This document shows, one piece after another, positions 14,902 to 27,525 of a stretch of DNA of 64,000 nucleotides. How positions within the stretch are numbered: the stretch's first letter is position 1; the number at the start of each line of letters is the position of its first letter. The stretch lies in assembly GCA_951406725.2 (NCBI GenBank), contig OX597817.1:36952001-37016000 (forward strand), written 5' to 3'. The notes under the pieces were generated by a model, which saw nothing but the letters and a program-made list of their open reading frames with translations, searched no databases and had not been told where the DNA came from. This DNA comes from Octopus vulgaris. Lineage: Eukaryota. Both the position numbers and the translations under genes were made by a program.

Positions 14902-15090
14902 GAAGGTGCAATGGCTCAGTAGTTAGGGCAGCAGACTCGCGTCGTAAGAACGCGGTTTCGATTCCCAGACCGGGCATCGTGAATGTTTATTGAGCAAAAT
15001 CACCTAAGTTCCACGAGGCTCCGGTGGGGAAGGGGTGAACCCCTCTGTACTCTTTTACCACAACTTTCAATCACTCTTTCCTCCTACTTC
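14902..15090 (+). mobile_element. SINE family C (tRNA-derived head), 5' part
   Basis: A box TGGCTCAGTAG, B box GGTTTCGATTCC; matches 15571, 17181 and 33521(-). Confidence 0.85.
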
Positions 15091-15570
15091 TTCCACAAAG
15101 CAGAGGAACCCACTATGGTGTGGTAAACTTCCAGACCCTAGTCTAGATTGCGAACCCTCTGTACCCGAGGATGGTTCAGCTCTCCATCCGTTAAAAGCCA
15201 CCGTTTACGGAATGAGGATAACAACTCAGCTTTCGCGCCCGTGCAACCGTGTGTGGATCTTCAAGTTGCCACACGCATTTTCAGTCGCTTAGAGTAGACT
15301 CGAATTATAGATTATTCTTCGTGGCTAATGGCGTGAGTCCTCATTGGAAGAAGAAGAAGACAGCAGCAGCGAGCGATAACATGAGATGCATTTCGATGGT
15401 TTTTAATCTCTCCGATGACTTGTACTTGCAGCTAGCCACGTGTGTAAACAAAACTACATTGCCTCCCATTGCCTGGTGTCGCGCAAAAGCCACCCAAAAA
15501 CCCATTTTAATATAACGTTAAATGTTTTGCAAAATATGTATTTATATGTTTTATGTAGAAACGTTGTTTG

Positions 15571-15846
15571 TGGATGCACAACTGCCCAGTGGCTAGGGCA
15601 GCGGACTCGCGGTCGGAGGATCGCGGTTTCGATTCCCAGACACCTAAAGCTCCACGATGCTCTAGCAGGGGGGGAGTGGCGACCCTGTTATACTCTTTCG
15701 CCACAATTTTCTCTCACTCTCTCTTCCTGTTTCTTGAGTAACACTGCGATGGACTGGTGTCCCGTCCAGCTGGGGGGGGGGGGCACATACGCCACAGAAA
15801 CCGGGAAACCGGGCCCATGAGCCTGGCTAGGCTTGAAAAGGGCGTA
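15571..15846 (+). mobile_element. SINE family C
   Basis: Colinear with the reverse complement of 33228-33521. Confidence 0.85.
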
Positions 15847-16055
15847 AAGGAAAGGAAGAAACGTTGTTTATAGAATATTTCCTATATAGCATAAGTATAA
15901 GTATTATTGGTTATCTCAGATAATCGGTTAAAATGGACAAACTTCTCTCTATTAATGATTTAATCGTGAGTCGTATGCGTGTGTTTGTGTGTGTGTGTGC
16001 GTGCATGTATGACACTCTCTATGTCTCTCTCTCTCTTTTTATCCATGTATGCTCT

Positions 16056-16270
16056 TTACTCTCTTATTGTTTCAGTCATTTGACTGCGGCTATGCTGGAG
16101 CACCACCTTTAGTCGAGCGACTCGACCCCGGGACTTATTCTTTGTAAGCCTACTACTTATTCTATTGGTCGCTTTTACCGAACCGCTAAGTGACGGGGAC
16201 ATAAACACACCAGCATCGGTTGTCAAGTAATGCTAGGGGGACAAACAACACACAAACATACATGCACACT

Positions 16271-16317
<47 letters not shown>

Positions 16318-16477
16318 GACGGGCTTCTTTCAGTTTCCGTCTACCAAATCCACTCACAAGGCTTTGGTCGGCCCGAGGCTATAGTAGAAGACACTTGCCC
16401 AAGGTGCCACGCAGTGGGACTGAACCTGGAACCATGTGGTTGGTAAACAAGCTACTTACCACACAGCCACTCCTGCG
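16056..16477 (-). mobile_element. SINE family A
   Basis: Full-length reverse complement of the family A copies. Confidence 0.9.
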
Positions 16478-16970
16478 TATGTATGTATTTATTTATAGAT
16501 AGAGGGATAGATGGAGGGAGGGACGGATATGTGTGCGTGTCTGTTAGTGCATACTTAAAATAAAAATCATGACGGCGTGCGCATAGCATTTATTCAATAT
16601 GTCACCCGTTGTGCTTTATTTCTCCTTAAGCCAAGTTTACGTGATCGGCCAGAGCTTGTATGTCAGAGAAGGTCTGCGGGTGCGCACACACATTTGCTTT
16701 CGTTTTATCTCACTTGCAATTTTTTTTCCCTGAATGTATGCGTAAGAGTAAGAGAATGTGTGTGTGTGTAGGTTCTGTGCTTCAATAATTCGATATGTGA
16801 AATCTTCAAAGTAATCTTCCATATGTGGGCTGAGGAAGTTACACCTCCCCCATTCACAATGTTTCTTTTTGAAAATGGTCCAAATGTTTGCGTGAATCAA
16901 TATATATATATGTGTGTTTGTGTATGTGCGTGTCTGTCTGTATGTATATATATCTGTGTATGCATATATG

Positions 16971-17049
<79 letters not shown>

Positions 17050-17180
17050 GTATGCATGCATATATATATATACACATATATATATTTATATGTATGCATG
17101 CATATATATATATATATATGTATTATAGGTAAGCATGTATGTATGCATGTATATATTTATAAGTATGAATATATATATAG

Positions 17181-17405
17181 TGGAGGCGCAATGGCCTAGT
17201 GGTTAGGGCAGCGGACTTGCGGTCGGAGGATCGCGGTTTCGATTCCCAGACCGGGCGTTGTGTGTGTTTATTGAGCGAAAACACCTAAAAGCTCCACGAG
17301 GCTCCGGTAGGAGGTGGTGATCCCTGCTGTACTCAAAAGGCGGTGCTCCAGCATGGCCGCAGTCAAATGACTGAAACAAGTACAAAAAAAAAAAAAAAAA
17401 AAAAA
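17181..17405 (+). mobile_element. chimeric SINE: family C head + family A tail + poly(A)
   Basis: 17181-17334 matches family C; 17335-17382 (AAAGGCGGTGCTCCAGCATGGCCGCAGTCAAATGACTGAAACAAGTA) matches the family A 3' end; followed by an A run. Confidence 0.8.
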
Positions 17406-18799
17406 ATTTATGTATATATGTATGTTTATATATATATATATATAATTCTAAACATAATTATAATCAGGGGTCAGCCAATTGCTTCACCACGCACTGAATT
17501 TAGAAATAGGAGTTAGAATGCCTTTTCTGCTACCACTGAGATTTCCCAGACAGTAACACACTTTTTACGTAGGCAAAAAAGAAAAAAAGATAACGAATTT
17601 ACACGACTCAGATTAGCTACATACTCGTTTCGAGATTAAAATAAAGTAATATTTACTTACTTATTTCCCATCTTAATGAATTAATTAATTTTACCCTGAT
17701 ATATATACATGCATTCACATATATGTATATATACACTTGTATGTGGCCATGTATGTTTTTGATATACATGTATACACGCTTGTATTTATTTATCTTTCTC
17801 TTCCCCCCTCTCTCTCTGTATATATATATATATGTATATATACACACGCGCACACACATTTATTTCAGTCATTGGACCATGACCATGCTTTGTTTGAAGA
17901 GTTTAATCGATCAGATCTACCCCAGCGCTTATTTTGAAATCTAGTACATATTCTATCGCTCTCTTAAGCCCAATCGCTACGTTACGGGGATACAAGCAAA
18001 TCACCTCTGGCATACATAATACACACACACACACATTTATGAGTCCCATTATCGTTTATGTTTCCAAATTTACAATTCATTACATTAGTGATTGCTTACA
18101 TTTCTTAGAGCAATTGAACATGAAACTAAATGATTGTGATCTGAACTTTTTAAATATACGCCTTTGCCTGTACTATGAAGAAATATGTAAGACAGACGTG
18201 ATACATTGCTGCGTCTATCAATGGTAGTATTTTTCAGCGATCATTTCAGCTATTTGCATATATCTGTCGCCTACCTTCTCTTGCTCGTCGTCTCACCTTT
18301 CTTTTCTCATTGCTGATCTTTTAACTCTGAAAGCAAATAAGTTTCATTCATTAACGGCCATTTAGTTAATATTTAAAGATATAATCATAAAGATTTGGAT
18401 AATTTCAAATCTAGCATTTATCGACGAGAATTAGAATATATTTGACAATAAGAGATAGAATCTCGAGAAACGCTCCCCACAAAAATAGAAATTCAAGTAA
18501 CGAAAATACGTAGAAAAGATTATCTGAATATATGTGCGATTAATTAAGAGAATCACTTCACGTTTATAATTTCAAAACGTCAATATCATCATTTTTAAAT
18601 CAATATTACATCAATTTTGCTGATGCGGTCTGTTTATCTTTTCTTTTCCTTTTTATTTTTATAATCTCTCTCCTTACAACTCTACTGCCAATGACATCTT
18701 TAGAATATCTGCTAAAATTTAATTCCGGTTGAACAAATGTCATTCTGATTTTGTAAACAATCGATTATTAAAGAATAATCGTACAGAATTCTGCAATTT

Positions 18800-19085
18800 G
18801 AGGAAGTTTAATGAACAATATTTAAATCCAAAACTCCGTCGAAAGGCCATCATCAAATGCCTTGCTTCCAGTATTATAAGCTCGGGGGCACATCAGTGCA
18901 CTGGGCCCTATAGTACACGTATTTATTGACAGCAAAGTCACAGCTATACTGGTTAGAAATAGATCCCTAGACACCCGAAACTCCAGGATAATTTCCCAGT
19001 GTGCTCATGCCTTATGACAGGGCAGTCTGCACCCAAAAAGACAGAATCTTTCTTTTCCCGTTCTATACGGCAATCAAACTTAAAC
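18800..19085 (+). mobile_element. possible decayed CR1/L2-type LINE ORF2 3' end
   Basis: Translations LRRKAIIKCLASSII and ESFFSRSIRQSNL resemble the LxxRR...YKII and SFFPRxIRxWNxL terminal motifs; weak, by-eye match. Confidence 0.3.
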
Positions 19086-20052
19086 ATTTAGTAAAATCTT
19101 CTCAAGATTTAACACATATAGTCTGTAATGAAGCGTGAAGAGTTGATCATTTCTGTAATAGCCTCATCAGAAACAAAACAAGTTTTACACTGAAGGAGGA
19201 AGTCAATATTTTATTTTCATCATTACGAATCATAATATTTGTGAGCTGATAATGGTTAGGTTTTAAGTTTTATTAGAAGCTGATATTATGTGTGTGTGTG
19301 TGTGTGATGTCGTATTTCTTCTCTTACAGAATTTATAATCTTTCTTTTTATCTTTGTAATATTTGGCTTCTTTTGTTAATCTAAAATAATTCCTATAAAG
19401 TTTTTAGGAAACCTATTACGAGAAAATTTCTTTCTTTCCAAACATCGTTGGTTTTTATCTTTTATTACTTCATTTCCTTCTTATTTTCGAATTATTTGGT
19501 TTCCCCTCCAGGCTTTTACCTCTTCTTTAGCAGCAAATAACTCTATGTCGAGTAATGTTCCTCTCTTTTTCTTTTACTTCTTCCGGCCTTTGGTCTGCGA
19601 TCAGATTGGAACATCATCTTTTAGGATTAATCTATCAAATCAGCCATTGTACATTTTTGAAGTCTTGTATTTATTCTCTCGGCTCTTTTGGCGATCCGCT
19701 AGATTACATGGACATAAGCAAGCCAACATCGGTTTCGAATCGGTAGAGGAGACCCATATATATACAAACGTACACATCTTACATATAATAAAACGCAACG
19801 TGTTTTACGTTTGTCTTGCTGGTAGAGGAGGAAAACCAAAACAACAAACGGAGTAGGAAAGAGAGTGATTGTCAGAGACGCTAAATACAGATGAGAGGTT
19901 TTTGCCCTGTAGTCGCTGATATCTTAATCAAAATAAAACCGTAAATTTTTATTGTACATTCAACTTATTAATGTTACACACACACACACACACAGCTATG
20001 AAATTAAAAATTAAACTCTTTTCTTTCCAAGATGATATCGTTCATATATTCA

Positions 20053-20101
<49 letters not shown>

Positions 20102-20116
20102 CATACATACATACAT

Positions 20117-20282
20117 AGGCGCAGGAGTGGCTGTGTGGTAAGTAGCTTACTAACCAACCACATGGTTCCGGGTTCAGTCCCACTGCGTGGCATCTTGGGC
20201 AGGTGTCTTCTGCTATAGCCCCGGGCCGACCAATACCTTGTGAGTGGATTTGGTAGGCGGAAACTGAAAGAAGCCTGTCGTA
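20117..20282 (+). mobile_element. SINE family A, 5' half
   Basis: Match to family A; an older inverted partial copy follows at 20342-20435. Confidence 0.9.
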
Positions 20283-21267
20283 TATATATATATATATATA
20301 TATATACATACATACATACATACATAGAACGTTTTCACACAATTTCCGTCTACCAAATTCTCTCACAGAGGCACCGCGTGGTAGGACTGTACCCGAAACC
20401 ATGTGGTTGCGAAGTAAACATCTTAACCATACGCCTGATAAATTTGAAATTTAGCGACAGCTAAAGTGATAGATATTTGATTATTAAATATCCTTCATTT
20501 GATAATTTAGATATTTAGTAGCGTCATTATCGCATCTTGATCGCCTAATAAGGAACATATGTTAAAATTAACAACATTCATAAAAAATTATTGATAACTG
20601 TCTTACTTCGTTCTTCAACCTGTAACAGATTGGAAACATATTTCATTAAAGGTACAAGCAAATGAAATATTTTCTAAATTTAAATAGATTTCATTTATTT
20701 ATGATAATTTATGTATTTTGAATTACTTTTCTCAGTTTAATGTGTGAAAGTGAGAAAATTTTTTAAAAACTAACTTATTTTAATAAATTCTCTTTAAATA
20801 TTTTATTTGTATATATTGATATATTTTGTTTCATTTCCCTCGTTTCTATTAGATTCTGACGTCAGTTTATATTTATCGGTAGCCAGGAAATATCATTAAC
20901 ACCTTCTACTAAGTTTTGTATTAAAACTGGCATAACGCAACTGCCGGTAAATCAACTACGGTTCGTCTGGTAAAATCAAGTAAGGTTACCTGTCGGTACA
21001 TAATTTAAAGCTTAATGAACATTTAACACGTTGATTTCGAAGTTGACACATATTATTTTGTGTTTTGCGGAAATGAAATTAGCTATATATATATCTGGAT
21101 CCATCTAGTGAAAACTGGTCTGAGCTATTACTCTACATAGCAATATCTTATAATTAGTTTTATCATTCTATGTTTGCATAATTAGTTTTATCATTCTAAT
21201 GTTTGCAGAAGTATACATGCTATATATAAAGAAGTATATATGCTACGATATATGAAACTCATATATA

Positions 21268-21452
21268 TTTCTTTACTACCCACAAGGGGCTTAACACAGG
21301 GGACAAACAAGGATAGACAAACGAATTAAGTTGATTACATCGACTCCAGTGTGTAACTGGTACTTAATTTATCGACCCCGAAAGGATGAAAGGCAAAGTC
21401 GACCTCGGCAGAATTTGAACTCACAACGTAACGGCAGACGAAATACCGGTAG
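21268..21452 (-). mobile_element. SINE family B
   Basis: Reverse complement of 3085-3270. Confidence 0.85.
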
Positions 21453-21582
21453 GCATCTACCAGGCTTTAAAAGATAAGTATTGGGGCTGGTTCGTTTGCC
21501 TAAAATTTTTGTAAGCGGTACCCCAGCATGGCCACAGCCTAATGACTGAACGAGCAGCAATCAACACATATCTACCCCCCCT

Positions 21583-21672
21583 CGTTGTTATGAGTTACGC
21601 ATTACCGCTTTTTAATGCAAATTTACTTCAGTCGTATTGAAAAGCGGTAACGCGTACCTTGGAGTAACGGCG
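21583..21672 (+). other. ~35-bp imperfect hairpin (pre-miRNA-like or tiny fold-back MITE)
   Basis: TACGCATTACCGCTTTTTAATGC pairs with GTATTGAAAAGCGGTAACGCGTA around a 15-nt loop; outer stem CGTTGTTA/TAACGGCG. Confidence 0.6.
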
Positions 21673-22145
21673 TTATATAATCTTAGTGTTAATTAATTAA
21701 TAATAATACTCTAGGTGTTGGGTACTTTTGCATTAAGTTTCAAATCTTCACAAGTTTTATCTTTACACATGTATACTCATATCTATGCTTGTCTATATCA
21801 TGTAAATGTATATAATATTACGTATTTCGCCCGGTGTGCTAACGTTTCTGCCAGATCACCGCTTTATATAAAACTCATATAAAACTCTTCAAGAAGAGTA
21901 AAATCTCACTCACGTCACAATTTACCAGCTGTAAAAATTGAAAAACAAAAAAAGGTAAAAGGTAAGCCATTTCACAATAAGGTCTAGAATACTCTTGATC
22001 GAAATAAAAGCATGGTATTCACAGCAGCAATATTTTTTGTCACATATCTACTCGTTCAGGTCCAACTTGGCGTTAAAGAACAATAATAAATATAAATATA
22101 TGAGGATGTTATACTTTTCTCCCAATATTATATAAGTTGTTCTAG

Positions 22146-22476
22146 ATGGCTCAGTGGTTAGAGCGTCGAGCTTACGATCGTGAGGTTGTGAGCTCGAATC
22201 TCGAACCGGGCTGCGTGTTGTGTTCTTGAGCAAAGCACTTTATTTCACGTTGCTCCAGTTCGCTCAGCTGTAGAAATGAGTTGCGACGTCACAGGTGCCA
22301 AGCTGTATCGGCCCCTTTGCCTTTCCCTTGGATAACACTGATGGCGTGGAGAGGGGAGGCCGGTATGCATGGGCGACTGCTGATCTTCCATAAACCACCT
22401 TGCCCAGACTTGTGACTAGGAGGGTAGCTTTCTAGTTGCAATCCCATGGTCAGTGTCGTGACCGAAGGGGGTCCCC
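22146..22476 (+). mobile_element. SINE family D (tRNA-Arg-like head, CORE/V-like domain)
   Basis: A box TGGCTCAGTGG, B box GAGCTCGAATCT, then TTGTGTTCTTGAGCAAAGCACTTT; second copy at 47268-47541(-). Confidence 0.8.
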
Positions 22477-24164
22477 TGTTCTAGGACGGCGAGCTGGAAG
22501 AATTGAGCTGAGCACTGGGGTCCATGTAATCGGCTCACGCCTTCCTCCGAAATTGCGGGCCTTGTGCCAAAATTTGAAATCATTATATTAGTTGCTCTGT
22601 TGAGTGAAGGCACTCTATTATGCAATGGCGTAAAACGTGATTTCATTGTTAGTTTACTAAGTCACATCAGAATGGCAACGGCAGTAACTTCCCAATCTCA
22701 TTTGTAATCACTTACTTTACCATTTAAGTTACTATCAGACTACTTCTGTTCAATATCCTACATTACTCACATCGGTTAACAAATGGATTAGACTGCTGGA
22801 GATTAATTTTTTGGCCGTGGTTAATATAAGTTTCTCTCTAGGGTTACCTTGTACACTCACGAAATAATTTTTTTGCTTTTATTAGACTAACATATGAGAT
22901 ACATTTTCTTAGATATACATCTCTCTACATTACTGACAAAAATCATACTGAAATGTCTAATGTAGTACTACAGGATAGTGACCACTATGACCGCTTCTTA
23001 TTAATTCAACCATAGCAACATAGATAAGAAAAGAACTGCCTAAGGAAAGAAATTGAATATCTAGCAGGTGAAGATGATGCATCTTCAATACTTGACATAT
23101 TCAATAGGTAGATGCTTGCTTTAAAGAATCTTTCCTTATAGACAGAAGAATAATTCTTTTGAAATTTTATTTCCAAACATCAAGTCTTTGAATGTTATAT
23201 TTCAGTCAGACAGCGGTCAGACGCCTCAGATGTGAATGCAAAAACAAAGAAACAGACGAAAAACTGTTGTAAAGATATCGAACATGAGAGACATTCAGTT
23301 GGCCAAGCAGGAATGTGGTGGGGGTGGTAACACCGGTGATAGTGGTAGTGATGGTGATGGTGGTGGTGGGGGTGAAGCTGGTGGAGGTGATTGTAGTGCT
23401 TGTGAGTGGGTGTGGGGATGGCGAATTAATATGGCCGAGGTGCTGGTGCACTTTTGGATATGAAAGTGACTAGGGAGTGGCGACGGTTGAAGAGAATGTG
23501 AGGTTAGTTTATTGTGGTTTATGATGGCCATTCAGACAGGCAAAATTATTTACGATATTGGCAGAAAGAGAGAGAGAGAGTGAGAGACACAATGGCAATC
23601 AGAATTCAAACAAAAGGCAAGCACACTGACACAGAAACAAGCATATATGTATGTAGACATCTTTGAAAGTAGACCAAAGAAATAGCTATAGAATGAAACA
23701 AAAAAATAAATAAAAGTAAGGAGAGAGGGAGAGAGGTGAGAATGGTAGAAAACAGAGTGTGTTGGTAGACAGGTAAGCCGATACAGATAGGTTGAGATAT
23801 ATGGAGGGGAGTCAATAAAGCTGGCAATGAGTCAACGCACGTCGAAGGTAGGCAAAGAGATGAAAATGTAGGAAGTGAAGAGACCAAATAGATATAGAGA
23901 TAGAATTTAGATAGTAAAATCGATAAGTGTAGGGAAACGCAGCATGGCTGCGTTTAAAAGGTGCAAGTATGTTTGCGTGTTTAAAAAGTTCGCTTTGCAG
24001 CTACGGAGTTCAGGGATTAAATCCGCTACGCATCATATACATTTGTCCATCTAGCATGACTGAAGGTTAACCAAATAACCTGTAGGTCAAATTTTGTAAA
24101 CAAAATCTATGCAGAAGTCTGTAGTTTATATTTTCTCACTATAAGCAAATCATCGATGCAAATT

Positions 24165-24460
24165 TTTGGATTTCGTTTGCCAGATTCCTTATATGAGTTC
24201 GTGTGTTGAAGCATATTCTGTTGTGTCTGAGGAGAGTCATTTTCTTTTTGTGCCTTATAATGTAACACACTCACCGGTAAAATTTCCACTTATTTCTTAT
24301 TTTTATTTTCTTGAAATTTTCGTTGCGCCTTGCAACCTTTTCAATAGTCTTGACTCTTGAGAGTCAAGACTATTGAAAAAAAAAAAAAAGAATTTTACCG
24401 GTTTGAGTGTTACATTATAAGGCACAAAAAGAAAATGACTCTCCCCAGACACAACAGAAT
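24165..24460. mobile_element. fold-back element flanked by a 13-bp direct repeat
   Basis: ~70-bp inverted arms at 24215-24284 and 24391-24460; central 20-bp palindrome at 24338-24379; ATCGATGCAAATT at 24152-24164 and 24459-24471. Confidence 0.8.
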
Positions 24461-24814
24461 CGATGCAAATTGTTCAGCCAGAAATTGCAAAACCATCAGT
24501 TGTATTCCACAGAAGGAGAGGCTACGATATAGGCTGTTGATATTAAATAATGTTACATGATCGTGTTGACCATACAATCTCCTACGTTATAACCATCGGA
24601 CAGTGGAAGATTGCCTTCTTAGCTTTATTAAATGAGCATGGTGGAGTAATCATTACGATGGAATCGTTCAATAGCTTGTGACAACAGCTATTCGGCAAAA
24701 ATCTATAAATGAGCAATGCTCGGACATTTCACGAGTGCTTGCATTATGACTTTGTCTACAATATACAATTCGGTCAGTCTCGCCGGAATTGCCAGGTGTC
24801 ACTCAGTTCTGTCC

Positions 24815-25250
24815 GTTTCCTACCACATTCTTATAACAAGCGCCATTTTCTTTCTGCCAACCTTGACCGGTCTGAAATTCGGTATTCCACGGATTTATGG
24901 ACAAAGAAATTGTCTCTGTTATCCTCTTCGTTCTTCCCTTAGCATCGCAAATACTCCCCAGCTAAAATGACTGGGAATGTTTCCAGTCTGTTGCCAGTCG
25001 CGATAGACGTTTGCCAAGAGTGTGGAGAACAAGTTTGGCATATATCCATAAAGTTCTCAACACAGACCAACTAAACCAGGCAATTTCCCCTCTCCTCCGC
25101 ACAAATATTCACCGCCGACCGTACATCAAATGTGATTTTTTTCTTCTGTTTTTCATACAAATATTCGCCTTTTCGGTCGAGGCCGTCGAGGTAGGTAATA
25201 AAGTCTACCCTTTCCACCATTATCCTCAAAATGCTACTGGAAACTGCACA
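24815..25250 (-). mobile_element. decayed L1/Tx1-like LINE reverse transcriptase fragment
   Basis: Frameshifted translation DFITYLDGL...GKLPGLVGLC*ELYGYMPNLFSTLLANVYRDWQQTGNIPSHFSWGVFAMLR...DNF..I...NTEF...KKMALV matches RT domains 0-2 (K.PG.DG, G.IP, NFRPI.L.N.E.KI). Confidence 0.75.
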
Positions 25251-25787
25251 CATCTGTCCTGAGTCGACGAGTACGCATGCGTCGTGGTTTGCGGAAGTTC
25301 AGTTTGTAACTTTATTACTGTGTCCCTTTTCTCCTACCCGGGTTTTACGAACGCATTTTGCGCTTATATAATCATCAGCTTAACCCTGACAACACAACCT
25401 TTGCAATTGAGTACCACTCTCGCTGCTACTATAATGGCTTTAATGCTTTTCCTATAATGGTTTTTATCCTAGCCACAACACCTCACAATGTGGGAAAGGC
25501 CATGCATAGAAAATTGCACCCAGGATTTCAATAGTAATTTTTTAAATCAGCCCTTGAAAACAGTAAATGTAAAGACGGTACCGACGGGAATTGGACTCAG
25601 CATGCAAAAAGAGGTAACTAAATACCACAAGGTACTTTATTCCTATGCTCTACCGATTCTGCTAATCCAATAATGATAATATTGATTTTTATCATTGGCA
25701 CACGGTCACAAATAATAATTTTGATATTGATATGATTTTCGCTTTTTCATTTCCTTATCAGTCATCTCTTTTCTATTTACATTCTTT

Positions 25788-25828
<41 letters not shown>

Positions 25829-26759
25829 TAGCAGCAGTAGTAATGTCGTCATCATCAGTAGTAAGAACAACTGCACTAAGAATAAAATCGTTATCAACGT
25901 CAATTAACGTCTTTTTTAATATTTTTATTTCTACCCAGAATCCTTTTCATTTATACCCTACTGTTAAAATTCATAAATTAAACGCAATCATGGATGATAT
26001 AATCCGAGGGTAAAATGCGTAAAAATACGGGATGGTCATTGCAAGAAGGCGTTTCCTCTGAGTTAATCTAAGAGTAAATAACAAGATCTGAACTCTATCA
26101 CTACCACCTCTCTCACTCTTACATTCTCGCTCCTCTTTCATTTTTTATGAATGTTAGTCTTTCTTTCACACGCACCCTTTTTATCTCTCTTCCCAAATTT
26201 TCACTCACATCTAAAGAACACGCCGCCATCAGTTTTTCACTCATCTCTATTGTTTGTAATACTAGCTCTTTATCACTCGCACTCAGCTCAATAAAGTTCC
26301 ACTCCAAGAGCTGTCATCAAGAAGTTGCAGCACCCGATCACTCAGTGATGATGCCGTTGCTGTGGAAACAGATTGTCAAATCTAATGACTAGAACGTTAA
26401 CCTAATTTTTCTCTACTGATAAATCAACTTATTTTCAAAGTAGATTTATCGATATCGCATTTTGATTGTACGAGATAAGCTGCTGCCGCTGCTGCTGTTA
26501 CTACTACTGTGGTTGCTTCATATCCAGCATTGCATGATCCACATTGCAATTGTTGTTGCAGTTGCACAATTTGTATCAGCACTTGATTCTGCTGATAGTA
26601 TACCACTGCTTTTACAACTATTATTACAGCTGCACTACACTACTAATACTATTGTCAATACTATCATTATTATTATTGCTTTGGTTGTCGCTACTATCTC
26701 TGTTGCTGATGTTAGTATTCTTATTGCGTTTGTTAGTGTTTTCCTTGCTGCTACTAAGA

Positions 26760-27525
26760 ACGGCAGCGGACTAGCAGACTGGTTAGCACGCCGGACAACA
26801 TCTGAATTACGTTATGAGATCAAATTCCGCCGTGGTCATCGTCTTTATCTTTCATCCTTTCGGTGTCGATAAAGTAATTACCAGTTGAGCCCTGAGGTTG
26901 ATGAAGTCGGATTAGAAACCTCTCCAAAATTTTCAGGCCTTGTGCCTATAGTAGAAAGAATTATTACCACTAAGAAAGAGGTGGGCTGGTTGTATTTTTA
27001 GTGCATGGAGAAAATTCTTTGTGATATTTGTTCGGAATTCAAAACCCATTCAGATCAACTTTGCTTTTCGTTCATTCTCATTTGATGAAATACATTACTA
27101 GTGAAGTACAGGATCGATTTAATTAGATCGCAGATTTCAACCCTTACGCCCATATTAAAAGCAATCGTTATGATAAGAAGTCGTGGGTTTGTGCAAGTGT
27201 CAGGAGGTAAAATGCACAGCGGTATTAAATTACGGCTTCTTACATTCTGGGTTCAAATCCGACTGTGGTAAACGTTGCCTCTAGAATTGAAAAAAATAAT
27301 GTGCCAAATACTTAACCTTTTCCCTATGTAAGAAATAATCATTACCCTAAACATAATGGAAGCTGGGTTGGCAGATTCGTTAGAGCTTTGGAGAAAAAAA
27401 GCGTTGCAATATTTTCCCACCAAAGTTCACAATGACTTTTATTCATCTTTTAGTCGATAGCAAAGAGTACAAAAGAATTATGTTTCTTCAGAGTTCTGGC
27501 CTTGTGCCTATATTTAGGAAGTATA
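26760..27525 (+). mobile_element. array of old family-B-related SINE copies
   Basis: Repeated degenerate GCTGGCAGA..TTAG / TTCAAAT / CTTTCATCCTTT / GGCCTTGTGCCTATA modules in the same orientation. Confidence 0.6.

Noticed and set aside
19141-19175. Minus-strand CUGAUGA-GGCUAUUACA-GAAA-UGA-UC
   Set aside because: Helix II does not pair; at best a heavily decayed remnant
23206-23330. Possible + strand exon after TATTTCAG
   Set aside because: No recognisable protein or clear donor; runs into GGT low-complexity sequence
25338-25388. Minus-strand CUGAUGA...GCGCAAAAUGCGUUC
   Set aside because: No helix II and no GAAA; cannot be distinguished from chance
26462-26872. 136-aa hydrophobic ORF resembling a membrane protein
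   Set aside because: Decayed trinucleotide (TGC/TAC/TTG) repeats running into a SINE
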